Shown one piece after another: positions 1 through 14,228 of a DNA stretch of 64,000 nucleotides. Below the pieces are notes generated by a model. The model had not been told where the DNA came from. It made no database searches and worked only from the letters and a program-made list of their open reading frames with translations. Source of the stretch: Octopus vulgaris. Taxonomy: Eukaryota. The stretch lies in assembly GCA_951406725.2 (NCBI GenBank), contig OX597823.1, forward strand, positions 27,590,001 to 27,654,000. Reading direction: 5' to 3'. Numbering within the stretch: the stretch's first letter is position 1; each line of letters starts with the position of its first letter. The position numbers were made by a program, and so were the translations under genes.

Positions 1-414
1 AAAGCGGTGCTCCAGCATGGCCACAGTCAACTGACTGAGACAAGTCAATGAATATGAGGAAAATTTATACCAGCTGCATGCACGGAAATTCCACGGTTAT
101 TTTGAAAAATTATTAAAATTCTTACAAGTTCATAGAGAACCACGAAAAGCATGATTTTTACTGAAACTATTTTCCACCCAAATTGTATTTGAGATTGAGC
201 AAATCCACACAGATGGATTTATTCATTCTCAAGAAGTTTTCTCTCAGAAGAATACATCTTTGGAAACTATATTCTTTGTCAACACTTTTACATAGAATGT
301 AGTTATCTTATTTTTATCTTTATGTCAAAAAGGGAATGTGAAATAGAAAGAGTTACAAAAAAAAAATATAAAACATTACAAACATAAAAAGCAGTACAAA
401 TATTGGTACTTTAC

Positions 415-513
415 CTGGAGCAATAGCTAAAATATGTCCTTCATTCAGTAAGTTTATACAGCTCTGTACTGTACCAGGGGATACTTTGAAAGCTTCCATC
501 AAAATCCTGACGA
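415..513 (-). CDS. TMEM68: TMEM68 coding exon 3 (not in the ORF track)
   Basis: Acceptor ttgcag, donor GTAAAG, 99 bp, phase 1/1. Translates (F)VRILMEAFKVSPGTVQSCINLLNEGHILAIAPG, matching the TMEM68 ...GHLLAISPGG segment. The gene continues left of the window. Confidence 0.9.
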
Positions 514-836
514 CTGCAACAAGACAGAAATGTCACTAAGTTCCATATGACATACACATACTTCATACAATCCTCTCTCTTTATTGCATCCTCATCATCA
601 TTTATCATGCACTTTCTCATGCTTGCATGAGTCAGACAGAACTTGTATTTGTTGAAACAGATTTTTCACAGCCACATGCCCTTCCTGTTGATAACACTCA
701 CTTGTCTCTAAGTTAGGCAATATTTTCTCATGCCTGGGCATGTTTTTTCACAGAAGACTAGAAACGAACAACCTCACTTGTATGACAGTGAAGCTCATTT
801 ACGGCCAACACACAATGTCTTGACAACAGTACACAC

Positions 837-870
<34 letters not shown>

Positions 871-1092
871 CTTTATTGCCCACAAGGGGCTAAACATAGA
901 GGGGACAAACAAGCACAAACAAAGGGATTAAGTTGATTACATCGACCCCAGTGTGTAACTGGTACTTTATTTATCGACCTCGAAAGGATGAAAGGCAAAG
1001 TCAACCTTGGCGGAATTTGAACTCACAACGTAGTGACAGACGAAATACAGCTTCGCTTTTTGCGCCCGTGAGTGTGTGTATCATAAATAGTA

Positions 1093-1151
<59 letters not shown>

Positions 1152-1329
1152 TGCATATATGGGTACAGGACATTAGCAACGGTGCAAATACCATGAAATA
1201 CATAAACAAAGAGAAAAAATGGAAAACAAGACAAGTAAACACAGAGAAAGGACTCTTCATCAGCTGTCGGCTGTCTATCTACTCCTCGTTTCAAGCATTC
1301 AATGACAGATATGTCTCTCACAGAGTGGA

Positions 1330-1710
1330 AGGTAGCTTGTATGATACTTGTGTATAAACAGCAACGCTACATGATAGAACATGAGCTGTAAATGCAGAGG
1401 ACATGTGAAGCTTTGAAAGAAATTAAGCTAGCATGTTCCACTGGATATACTATGTCAGTATGCATGCTTTAAGTATAAATGTATTGAGATAAACATTGGG
1501 CTTAAGGGGCACCAGATGTAGTATGCAAGAGGGAAGACTGTACTGGTTTGGTCATAAGAGAAAGCCCCAGGAAGACCTGCAATGAGGTAGTGATAAATGA
1601 CTTGCAGATGTTGAACATCACAGAGGGGATGACATAGAACTGAGATGACTGGTGATTTGTTACGCTTGAGAAGACCCATGCATCCAAGTGAAAATGAGTT
1701 TCGCAATCAA
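1330..1710 (+). mobile_element. RTE-like LINE 3' fragment (degenerate)
   Basis: Degenerate translation RLYWFGH...PRKTCNEVVINDLQML resembles the RTE RT C-terminus. Confidence 0.5.
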
Positions 1711-2072
1711 GCAGTCATGTTTGTTATTTCATATCTTTTACCCTATTTCTTCGTGCTTCTTTTATTTTTTCTTTCTCTCAGAGTTGGAGGTGATTGAATT
1801 CAAGAAATCCAGTATTTTGATCCACATCAGTATGGTAGTCCAGAAGACAATGAACAAAAAGAAATGAAAATAACAAAAACAAACAAAGCAAGGGAAAAAA
1901 TGTAGAAAGTCAATATTAAAAAATGGTTAATGTATCAATATTTTGGACAATTTGCCCTTTATCAAGATAGATATAGAAGACAAGAAAAAAACTGAGAGAA
2001 CTAAAATGCCTGTATATGTAAAATAAAAAAAAATTGGAATATATATTATGAAGTGTAGAATGTTGACATTAC

Positions 2073-2240
2073 ATGGTAATTTAAATAGGAATCGGTCTCC
2101 AATGGCACGGATTGTACGACCTTTATGGATGATACAGCTGGCCATGACATAGTAGACATCAATGGGAACAACACCATGGTAATAGATGAGAAGGGCCGGA
2201 CCTGAACTGGGAACATTCTCAAATCCTTCTACTTCATAAC
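2073..2240 (-). CDS. TMEM68: TMEM68 coding exon 2 (catalytic HX4D motif)
   Basis: Acceptor ...cttacacag, donor GTAATG, 168 bp, phase 1/1. Translates (S)YEVEGFENVPSSGPALLIYYHGVVPIDVYYVMASCIIHKGRTIRAIGDRFLFKLP, containing the acyltransferase motif HGxxPID. Confidence 0.93.
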
Positions 2241-2675
2241 CTGTGTAAGACAGACAGAAAGAGAAAACATCATGGAGTGAGAGGGAGGGAGAGAGAGTGA
2301 GAGAAGAGAGAGAGAGGGAGAAGAGAGAGAAAGAGAGAGAGGGAGAAAATGAAAAACAAAAGAAAAAGAAACAGAAACAGACAAACAATCAAACAGACAG
2401 AGAGATGAACCTAACAGTTTGAAACTGGAATATCAGTAATTGAAGCTGAGATGAGAAATGGCTAGACGTTCAGAGACTTGTTGCCTTTATAGGGAACAAA
2501 GGCTTCCTCTGGCCAACAAGAGAGCTTAAAAATCTTTGCTCAGCCTGTTAGAAATAGTAACCAAATCTCGCTCAAATCAAACTCTGAGATCTTCTTGATT
2601 GCTATTTCTACCAGACTGAGCAAGGACTTTGAGGAGCTCTCTTGTTGGCCAAAGAAACCCCTACTTTGCCTATAG

Positions 2676-3700
2676 AGGTGAGAAGGGGTTGTTGAAGGAT
2701 AGGAAATGGTTCAAAGAACTCAGAGGAGGTGTAAGAGTAGAAGGACATTCATGTAAACTTGTCTGTGACATGGTGCCAAGTTCAAATATGAAATGTTCCT
2801 TCCTTTTCCTGGATCCATTGTATGCGGTGATGCTGCACGCTGACTGATGAGTGATGAGTGATGAAATAACTGGTAGTGTTGAAGTAGGGTGACAACAGGT
2901 TGGCCAGGTACATGTAATAGTATGCTTTGAATATGCTCCTGAAAGCAATCAGCAAGACATTATAGTCTGTTTCCCTAATATGAAGGGAACTGCAAAGTTT
3001 GCATATGATACAATATATAGGGTTAGACAATGTGCAACAGAAGTCCTGAGTAATATGATGTGCCTTAGGTCCAGTGATGATAATAGCATTGTTAATGTAG
3101 GGGCAAGTGTTGCAGCAACGAAAAGCACATTTAAAAGCGCCTGGTTGTGTAGGGCTGGTCACAGGGAAGTTTCATACTTGAATGGAACAACATTTCATAT
3201 TTGAACTTGGCTCCATGTCACCAATAAGTTTAAATTAATGTTTCTCCTTCTTTCTACTCCTACACTTCATCTTAGTTCATTAAACTCTTTTGTTATCCTT
3301 CAACACCCCTTTCGTCTCATCTTTTCCCTCCACCTCCCTCTTTGACTTTGCTTGTTTCTCGTCATTCCATTCTCTTTCCTTCTTCCTTCTTACACTGCTT
3401 CTCCTACCACGTCTTGTTCACAAATGAAGCTCACATGGTACTGCGTTCTTTATCAGTTGCAGCCAGTTTCTTTTTTTTTTTTTTTGAAGTTGGAAGATGT
3501 AAAACTTTTGCTGTCTCTCATTCTTTTCTCTCCTTTCAATATTTCTCCTGAAGAAGGATAGCATCCAACATGTTAGATTTTCCACTCCTCGCAGCAAGTT
3601 TTCTGTACTGTTTTTAATGATTTTACCCCATTTTATAAGACTGGCTGATGCAGACCAACAGCCTCTTTGCAATCTGCTTGAGATATATATGTATGTACAT
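2676..3700 (-). mobile_element. Penelope-like element remnant: GIY-YIG endonuclease fragment with an inverted duplicated end
   Basis: Minus frames give RCCNTCPYI...FCCTLSNPIYCIICKLCSSLHIRET and RKRKEHFIFELGTM, typical of the PLE (Neptune-like) endonuclease. 3189-3318 is an inverted copy of 2676-2797. Confidence 0.75.
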
Positions 3701-3881
3701 ATAGATAAAGACACACATACACACACACACACAACAAAATATGAATATCATTAAATATGAAACAAAACAAATTAACCCATGTTATAAAAAAATGTATTTA
3801 AAAACAAAAAAAATACATGAAACAAACAAAAAGTTAAAGATAACAACAATGTTAGAAAGAAACAAAGAAAGAAATGCTCAC

Positions 3882-4179
3882 TGTGCCATATGTAGCCATG
3901 AAAATCCCAGAGCACTGCTAGACTCTGTCGAGCCCCATGCCAGAAGTCTTTAGCATAGGCCTGGCGTAGACCATGTCGGTATGAATAGAAATGAAGGAAG
4001 AGGATAGAGGCCACGAGGCAGAAGGCAAGGATGAGTGGTAGAAGGAAAGATATAATGATTGGGTAGACCAACCATAATACCCATCGCATGTAGTTAATGT
4101 CCAGCATGGATACATAGGCATAGAGTCCCGGTGCCACAGTGGAAATGTTCACATGGAAATATGACCAGAAATCCATCAT
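3882..4179 (-). CDS. TMEM68: TMEM68 (DIESL-type acyltransferase), first coding exon
   Basis: ATG at 4179 reads MMDFWSYF...YPIIISFLLPLILAFCLVASILFLHFY...FWHGARQSLAVLWDFHGYIWH, resembling the TMEM68 N-terminal TM region. Donor GTGAG follows 3882 (phase 1). An upstream acceptor tttcag at 4285-4290 makes 4180-4284 5'UTR. Confidence 0.9.
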
Positions 4180-4374
4180 CGCATTTGAACAGAAACGCTG
4201 TTACTTCAACAATGTGCTGAAAGGTTTTAATGCAGTTGTTGCACTTGTTGCTATTGTCATTATATTTCTGTGGTGCACAAGTTCCTGAAATAGAGGAAAC
4301 AAAGAAAAATATGAAAGACAACATTAGAACACATTTATGTATTTACATCTATATCGGAAAACCTAAATGTGATT

Positions 4375-4686
4375 TAATAACTGGCACTCGGTCGGTTATG
4401 ACGACGAGGGTTCCAGTTGAACCAATCAACAGAACAGTATGCTTGTGAAATTAGCATGCAAGTGGCTGAACACTCCACAGACACATGTAGTTCTCAGGGA
4501 AATTCAGCATAACACAGAATGTGACAGGGTTAGCCCTTTAAAATATAAAGTACTACTTATTTTTCCCAGCTGAGTGAACTGGAGCAACAGGAAATAAAGT
4601 ATCTTGCTAAAGGACACAACATGCAATTAGGTATCAAACTCACAACCTTACAATCTTGAGCTTAATACCCTAACCACTTAACCACC
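4375..4686 (-). mobile_element. tRNA-derived SINE (a related fragment lies at 7082-7220)
   Basis: Reverse A/B-box head (ccctaaccact, tcaaactc). The body ctggagcaac..gaaataaagtatcttgct is shared with the second copy. Confidence 0.6.
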
Positions 4687-4702
4687 GGTAGGGAATATAT
4701 TA

Positions 4703-7080
4703 TCTATAATATATAAGACGGAAGATGTGTGTGTATGTGTCTGTGTGACTGGCCATTTATTTGATCCCACTCAAAATCAATACATATTTCATCCAATTTC
4801 GTTCACACTTGGCACAGACATTACTTATGTTCCACAGATGGCTCTACACTCTTTAGACTTTTCATTTATGGAGTAATATGCAGTAATGGGGATTCTAGGG
4901 TCAGAAAGGGCCAGAAAAACCGCCATTCCTGTTGTATGGTGACTATTGTGGACAAGGGAAGTAACTCTTTGCAAAGTAACATTCAGAAATTGATTGTCTT
5001 GCATTTGTATCCATTACTACACATTTCTGACTGACAATCGGTGGGTTGTATCCCACAAAAAGATGCTCTGCAAAACATTTCATGCACACATCAACATAGA
5101 ATTCTGTAGTTCTGTCAAATCCATGCAATACGTATGCAAGTACATTACCAAAGGATTGGACAGAGCTGTTTTTCAAATAAAATCTACACAATCAACAGAT
5201 TTTACAAATGATGCAGTGACTCTTTTCAAAACTGGATGCTACATATCCACCAATGAAGCCATATGGAGAACCTTAGGATTTCCAATTCATGAACAATACC
5301 TTCCTATAATTCATCTCCGCATCCATTTGGAAAACAGGCAGTGAATTTACTTCAGAGAAGTCACCCTCATTTGAGAAGCAGCTACCCCACCAAAGACCAC
5401 TCTCACGGCCTTCCTTCACCTATGCAAAGTCGACCCCTATGCAAAGTTTATTTTGCATGCTGAAATGCCACATTATTATATATATGGAACCAATCACCTT
5501 CCCAGTGGCAACAATGAAAACAAGGCTGGCCTATGCAGTTGGATCAAGCCATGTACAAAGGTAACACAATTGGACATGTCTACATAGTTCACCCCTTGAA
5601 CTCCGAATGCTTCCATCTGCATCTCTTACTTCATGTCATTAAGGGACCAACCTCCTTTGACAACCTTCACATAGTGGACAGCCACTTATGTGGCACTTTC
5701 AAAGATGCCTGCTCCAAACGGGGACTTTTAGATACAGATGATCAATATGACAATGCACTCAAAGAGGCCTCTCTGTGTCATTCTCTGCACAAGCTCCTAC
5801 ACCTTTTTGCAATAATACTGGTTTTCTGCAACCTGACAGATGCACATTCGCTTTGGAATAAATACAAAGACTCAATGTGCCATGACATTTGGCTGTAGAC
5901 TTGTTGCCAAATCACAGGTAGCATTGACATTCCTACTACCACTGCCATTTACAACAGAGGGTTTCTTCTCTTGGAAGACTTGGTTATGGCAACTGGAGCT
6001 CAATGATTGGATGCTTATTCTCTCAACACTCCAAGCAGAAATGAAGACACCTGTCCCAATTGCAGCATTTTCAGAAAACATCTTACAACATCCACAGATT
6101 CAAACAGTACATTGCTGATAACAAGCCCCTTCTGAATTCCACTCAAGCTGACATATACAATTTTGTCCTCAGAAACATCTACACACACACACTGGCAGAA
6201 TCAATCATCATTTTAGATGCACCTGTTAGAACTGGGAAAACATTCCTCCAGAATCTTCTTCTCGTGAAGTTGTGGCATAATAGTGACCTTGCTATTGCTG
6301 TTGCCTCCTCAGAAACAGCCTCTGCTCTTTTAGACAGCAGACAAATAGCACACTCTACCTTCAAATTGCCTTTCAATGTGGCACATCAATGTGCCACATA
6401 ATGCATTCCTTGGATGAAGCGACAAGTTTGAAAAAGTGCAAACTCATTGTTTGGAATGAAGTAACTATGTCCCATAAATGTTCCCTACAAGCACTTGATA
6501 CCACAATGAGAGACCTTAGATGGAACAACAACATCCTTGGAGGTACAACTCTACTTCTTGCAGGAGATTTTTGACAAACTTTGCCTATTTTACCCAAAGA
6601 AACACCTGGTGATGAACTTAATGCCTGCCTTAAAAATCCCTCCTTTGGTCACATGTCTAATCGAAACAACTCACCATTAACAGGAGATCACTCCCACAGA
6701 CTGGTCAGCCTACAACCCAGTTTTCGGAAATGCTCCTTAAAATTGGCAATGGACAAATTATGTTCAATAACAACAGATGCATTGACACTACCACCATTGG
6801 CCACACTGTTTCCAGCCCTGATGACTTATGCTCTACCATTTACCCAAATATTACAACGGAATACATAAAAATGGATTGGCTTCATGGCAGGGTTGTTTTT
6901 TCACAATTTCTCAACTCCCAAGATCCTCCAGGATTCCCCCCCGCCCATGAACTTCACATAAAGGCAGTTGCTTTGTCATCCTCCTATGCAATCTAAATGC
7001 ACTCACACTATGCAATGGAACTCACCTTGTGGTCAAACAAATGATGGACCACATCATTGAAGCCCAAATTATCATGGGAC
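4703..7080 (+). mobile_element. Decayed Helitron (RepHel pseudogene)
   Basis: 5' TCTATAATATATAA start. Rep-like DNRWVV..HINIEFC..KYITKG and EAIWR..GFPIHE. PIF1 helicase motifs LDAPVRTGKTFL, AVASS, LIVWNEVTM, LLAGDF*QTLP, LCNGT. Many stops and frameshifts. Confidence 0.9.
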
Positions 7081-8399
7081 TCATTTCTAAAGCTGAGTGA
7101 ACTGGAGCAATGCGAAATAAAGTGTCTTGCTCAAGAACACAACACACAGCCTGGTCCAGAAATCGAACTAACTAACTCATGATTGTGAGCCCGACGCTCT
7201 AACCACTGAGCCAGGTACCTTCACACACATATATATAAGTACAGTAAAATATTACAATATATTAATATATTAAATACATTATAATACACGTGGCCTGTTA
7301 GTAATTACAACCTAAAGGCAAGTTAATAAACAAGGCTACAAATGAGTACTGGCAACTGCTAGAAATAAGAGTCAAAAAACGACTCGAATAGCCACACAAA
7401 TAAATTAACGGAAAACAAGAGAGTGAGCTAAAGCACCCTTCCAGAGTGAGATAAACTCATAATTGAAGTAAATATGTGTTGAGTTTTCTGGAATAAATAG
7501 GGGGTGTTTGACAGCTTTAAGTCAAAATTTGTTCAGTACAAAATATCAGCGGTTAAATATTATACTGCGAGAGAATTCCTTTAACAGTTTGGTTTCCAGC
7601 TCGAAAAGCATTTCACATCAAGACATTTTAAATGTACTTAATTATATTTATATAACCTAATTATAATTAATAGTCCATAAACAATCATAAATTCCAGGAC
7701 ACCAGCTCCATCATAGCTGATGAATTTGTGATAACAACTGGAACAGTTATGCTATGTCTGGTTGAACATGAATCAGTGCTGCGACATTATGTTGTGGTCT
7801 TGGCACTCAAAGACTCTTTCACACAAACACTAACAAACTTAGAAATATGTTTGTACAAAGCAAACTTAATTTGATAAAAATCATTAAAATTGTGTCAGGA
7901 TTTCTGTGATATATTAATTATTGCATTTTGAAACATCAGAAGGGTGAGATCGACATCAGCTTGGACTACTTTGTCTCTGAGTGAAACACATCAAGTTAAA
8001 ATACAAGAGAAGGGATGGGAAGTAACAGTACTGTGTGTGTGTGTGTGTGTGTGTGTGAGTGAAAGAGAGAGAGAGGGGAGAAAGAGAGGGAGAAGGAGAG
8101 AGAGAGACTCAAAGATTATATCAGAAACAGAGTCAAACAAAAAGAATCAGAGACAGAAAAAAAGGAAGGAGAGTTCTAGAGAAAGCAAGTCAAAGACAGA
8201 GGGATGAAGGGGATGGTTCTTATGAACCAGCTCTGAAATAGGGTCCAATATGGTAATAACGGGAATTTTTTAGAAATTTCTGTTGGCTTTCTTCGAGATG
8301 TGTGCTTGTAGTCATAAATTCCATGGTTATTGACGTTATGTCTATTTTCAGCATATTTTGGCATTAGAATCTTTTTCTTTTGCCCTCACTTATAAATTA

Positions 8400-8482
<83 letters not shown>

Positions 8483-8568
8483 GTAGGTCCCGGGTTGATT
8501 CGGGGTTAACCACAGTAAGTAAGGTACTCAATACATAGCAGAGTAAAATTAATTTATTATATAGAAGG

Positions 8569-8619
8569 AGCTTCTACAGGACTAGTACTGTTTCATTCAA
8601 GAGAAATCTTCAGGAAGCT
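8569..8619 (-). ncRNA. Type I hammerhead ribozyme motif
   Basis: Minus strand: AGCTTC-CTGAAGA-tTTC tctt GAAt-GAA-ACAG tactagtc CTGT-A-GAAGCT. Stem I 6 bp, stem III 4 bp, GUA cleavage triplet. Confidence 0.8.
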
Positions 8620-9016
8620 ATTTAACAAGAATTGCATTAGCATTTATACATTTAGGCAGGTTTTAAGGAGTGGTGGTGGGGGACTTTTTTGGGGGTAGGC
8701 ATAGCGCAAAATATAATACTTGGGGGAGTGGTCAAGGAGTCAGTGGTAGGTTAGATGAAAGAATAGATAAATAAAAAAATAAAAAATAAAATAAAAAAGT
8801 AAAAATAAAATAAAATAAAATAAAAAAATAAAAAAATAAAAAAATAAAAAAATAAAAAAATAAAAAAATAAAAAATATATATAAAAAATATATATATAAA
8901 AAAATATATATATAAAAAAAAAAAAAAAAAAGGGGGGGATAGAGTTATAGGTAAATAAGGAGATTCTCACTTATACCTATACACATATGTATACGTATCT
9001 ACACACACATATATAT

Positions 9017-9061
<45 letters not shown>

Positions 9062-9352
9062 CACACATACATACATATCTACATACACACATACATACAC
9101 CCGCCCACATATACAAATTTATACACATGCACATGCATATACCTGTCTACACATACACACACGTATATATGCATACACTCACTCCCATGCATGCACGCAT
9201 ACACACATGTATATATATACCCACGACCACACATACATATATACACAGAAAAATATATATTCATACGCACATACACTCATGCACACACAACACACCTAGT
9301 TCCCTATATACACATATTTACACCTATATATACATACACCCACATACACATA

Positions 9353-9429
<77 letters not shown>

Positions 9430-9434
9430 ATGTA

Positions 9435-9474
<40 letters not shown>

Positions 9475-9594
9475 TATGTGTATGTGGGTGTATGTATATA
9501 TAGGTGTAAATATGTGTATATAGGGAACTATATACACATATAGGGAACTATATATGTGTATATATGTATATATATATGTATATATGTATATGTA

Positions 9595-9644
<50 letters not shown>

Positions 9645-9949
9645 TATGTGTATGTGGGTGTATGTATATATAGGTGTAAATATGTGTATATAGGGAACTA
9701 GGTGTGTTGTGTGTGCATGAGTGTATGTGCGTATGAATATATATTTTTCTGTGTATATATGTATGTGTGGTCGTGGGTATATATATACATGTGTGTATGC
9801 GTGCATGCATGGGAGTGAGTGTATGCATATATACGTGTGTGTATGTGTAGACAGGTATATGCATGTGCATGTGTATAAATTTGTATATGTGGGCGGGTGT
9901 ATGTATGTGTGTATGTAGATATGTATGTATGTGTGTATATATGTATATG

Positions 9950-9984
<35 letters not shown>

Positions 9985-10364
9985 ATATATATGTGTGTGT
10001 AGATACGTATACATATGTGTATAGGTATAAGTGAGAATCTCCTTATTTACCTATAACTCTATCCCCCCCCACTTTTTTTTTTTTTTATATATATATATTT
10101 TTTTATATATATTTTTTTTATATATATTTTTTATTTTCTTATTTTTTTATTTTTTTATTTTTTTATTTTTTTATTTTATTTTATTTTTTTACTTTTTTAT
10201 TTTATTTTTTTATATTTTTTTATTTATCTATTCTTTCATCTAACCTACCACTGACTCCTTGACCACTCCCCCAAGTATGATATGCCTACCCCCAAAAAAG
10301 TCCCCCACCACCACTCCTTTAAACCTGCCTAAATGTATAAATGCTAATACAATTCTTGTTAAAT

Positions 10365-10415
10365 AGCTTCCTGAAGATTTCTCTTGAATGAAACAGTACT
10401 AGTCCTGTAGAAGCT
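10365..10415 (+). ncRNA. Type I hammerhead ribozyme motif
   Basis: Same sequence as the 8569-8619 motif, on the plus strand. Predicted cleavage after A10409. Confidence 0.8.
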
Positions 10416-10430
10416 CCTTCTATATAATAA

Positions 10431-10469
<39 letters not shown>

Positions 10470-10717
10470 AATAATAATTTTCTAATTATTTGCATTGGTT
10501 CATGATAAACTCTTATTTATCCTGTTGTTACATGCACTTTAGGTGTAAGGTGTACCTTCACACCGTGGACAATACAGGTAACGGATACCAATAGTATATA
10601 CAGACATTTTATCCCTTAGTCGGTTATTGTAACCACTAACTTTGTTTACACAATATATAAAAATATTAGAAAATTATTATTTTTAAATCTCACGAGAGAT
10701 ATTCAGCAACTGTTCTT

Positions 10718-11038
10718 TGTAGTAAAGGTTGTTTGCCAACATAACATGACAGCCCTGGTTTAGGATGAATGTTGCTGTAATTTAGCCCCAGCAGACATCG
10801 TCTCCAGCTGGCTATACGACACAATCTGTATCCTTATATTTTCAAACAAGGGAATCTAGCACTCCTACTCAGCTCAAAAGAAGATTTGTGTATCGGGATT
10901 TCTGGGTTGTTCGAAAATATAAGGACACAGATCATGACATATAGCCAGCTGGAGACAATGTCTCCAGGGGCTAAATTACAGCAACATTCATCATAAACCA
11001 GGACTGCCATGTTATGTTGGCAAACAACCTTTGCTACA
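10718..11038. mobile_element. Fold-back MITE with about 140 bp TIRs
   Basis: tgtagtaaaggttgtttgccaacataac... pairs with ...gttatgttggcaaacaacctttgctaca. Confidence 0.7.
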
Positions 11039-11605
11039 GTATATGTGTGTGCGTGTGTATATGTGTGCGTGTGTATATATATATATATATATATATGCAC
11101 ACACATTTAACATCACCTCATTTTAATGTCTACATTTTCATGCTTGCATGGATTAGATAAAAACAGCTGAGAGAGATTTTTCACAAGAGTTGTTTCTTTC
11201 TGTAGCCAACCTTCACCTGTTTCTAAGCAAAATAATATTGTTTCCCCTCGTCCTTTGAACATGAAACAACACAAAAGCCAGACATGTTGACATGTTTTTC
11301 GTGAAAGATTGCAAACATCAGTGCGTGTAAGAATGAAGATAGTTTACAGAAAGTGCTTGACTTCAAAACAAGGAGTCAGTCTCACACACACACACACACA
11401 CACACACATGACAGACATGCACTTCAGGCTACTACTTTAGAGATCGTCTACTACATACCCTCAAAAGCCTTTGGTTGGGCCAGAGTGACACACTGGGGCC
11501 CAAACCTGAAATCATATTGTTAAGCAAATTGATAACAACACACCCATAGCGAACAACTGGGTAAATGTATAATTCTCCTCATTTATTTGAATTGTCTTGG
11601 ATATA

Positions 11606-11665
<60 letters not shown>

Positions 11666-11784
11666 AACACACATACCAGAGTAAGCATATAAGTGCAAAA
11701 CATGGTGGATAAAATAGTACTCAATACCAGAGGTAGAGTATGCTTTATTAAAAAGCAGAAAAAAAAAGATATATATATATATAA

Positions 11785-11941
11785 GGAGTGGCTGTGTAGT
11801 AAGTAGCTTGCTTACCAACCACATGATTCCAGGCTCAGTCGCACTGTGTGGCACCTTGGTCAAGTGTCTTCTATTATAGCCTCAGGCCAACCAAAGCCTT
11901 GTGAGTGGATTTGGTAGACGGAAATTGAAAGAAGTCCATCG

Positions 11942-11990
<49 letters not shown>

Positions 11991-12177
11991 TTGTGTGTGT
12001 CCTAACAACATCGCTTGACAACCGATGCCGGTGTGTTTACGTCCCTGTAACTTAGCAGTTCAACCAAGGTGACAGATAGAATAAGTACTAGGCTTACAAA
12101 GAATAAGTCCTGGGGTCGATTTGCTCAACTAAAGGCAGCGCTCCAGCATGGCCACAGTCAAAGTAAAAGAGTAAAGA

Positions 12178-12180
<3 letters not shown>
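11785..12180 (+). mobile_element. SINE family A (tRNA head, CORE-like segment, internal microsatellite, LINE-like tail)
   Basis: ggagtggctgtgtagtaagtagcttgc...caccttggtcaagtgtctt...ctccagcatggccacagtc. Many copies in the window. Confidence 0.8.
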
Positions 12181-12229
<49 letters not shown>

Positions 12230-13281
12230 TTAGTATACTTAGTGTCACTATCTGACAGTAAAAACACATCATACAATACATACAAAACACACATACCGGT
12301 CCAACAAAAGAACACAACTCACATTACACAACAGATAAAACCCTAGAATAACACCAGAATCAAATAAAACAAACCCCACAACAAATCGAAAACTGCTGTA
12401 GTCCATATAAGCACAGCTTTTTATCCTCAAAAGACAATGATGCACATGCCTCAGGAATATGGATGTGCAGCAGGTGAGTCAGTAAAAACTGCTGGAAATA
12501 ATGTAATTTCTACTTTCTGTTCAAGGCCTTGAATGTATGTGGCTGGAGCAGTGAGCTCTAAGTGACGAAATCAACCTCAGTATATTGCAGGTACTTTATA
12601 TTGATAGATGAAAAGTAATGTAAACTTAGGTTAGATATCAGCACAAAATCTACTCAAATATTATCAGTAACCCCATCACAACCTTTGTTAATGATATGAA
12701 TAAATAAGTGAGTCGCCAGAACTATAATTAACCAAAAATAAACTTGCTTTTTATCTACTGAAACAAAATGAGGCAATGAGTGAACCTCTAGAGTCCTACT
12801 AAAAATAGCAGTCACACCTCCTTCAATCTGTACCTCTCAATCTTAAAAGGCAGATGTCACAGTAAAAGAAAAAAACATAGTCCTATATAAACTATGATTG
12901 AAAACAAAATGTATTCCAGAGTAACAGGTCTCTAAATCAACTTATCTATGTGTGTGTGCGTGTGTGTGTGCGTGTGTGTGTGTTGTGTGTGTGTGTGTGT
13001 GTGTATGTGTGTGTGTGAGTGTGTGTAAATGTTATTTAAGGTTTGTTTTTATAAAGCTAAAACAAGAGATAATACAAGTTGAAGTATTTCAAAATTTGTA
13101 TGTCAATATTTCAGGTTATGAGCTCTTCTTCAGGAAATTTTCAATCATGGAAATAGTGTTGTAAATTCACAACACCATTTCTACAACTTGTATTATTTCT
13201 TATAACTTGCATTCTTTTGATTCGATAAAAAGAAAATTGAAAACATATATATCACACAATGCTTCATGCTAACTATAATAC

Positions 13282-14228
<947 letters not shown>

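Larger units (their letters stand above)
8484..10432. mobile_element. About 1.9 kb palindromic non-coding element with an HHR in each arm, inserted in (TA)n
   Basis: 8552-~9360 is the reverse complement of ~9640-10432 with a few substitutions and indels. The unique tail 8484-8551 is shared with the element at 51351-51550. Confidence 0.85.

Noticed and set aside
1230-1330. Possible hammerhead (GAAAC...CTGATGA on the minus strand)
   Set aside because: Stems could not be paired; at most a decayed PLE-type end.
8740-10243. Long ORFs rich in Y/I/H/T on both strands
   Set aside because: They are translations of mirrored TA/CA microsatellites in the palindrome.
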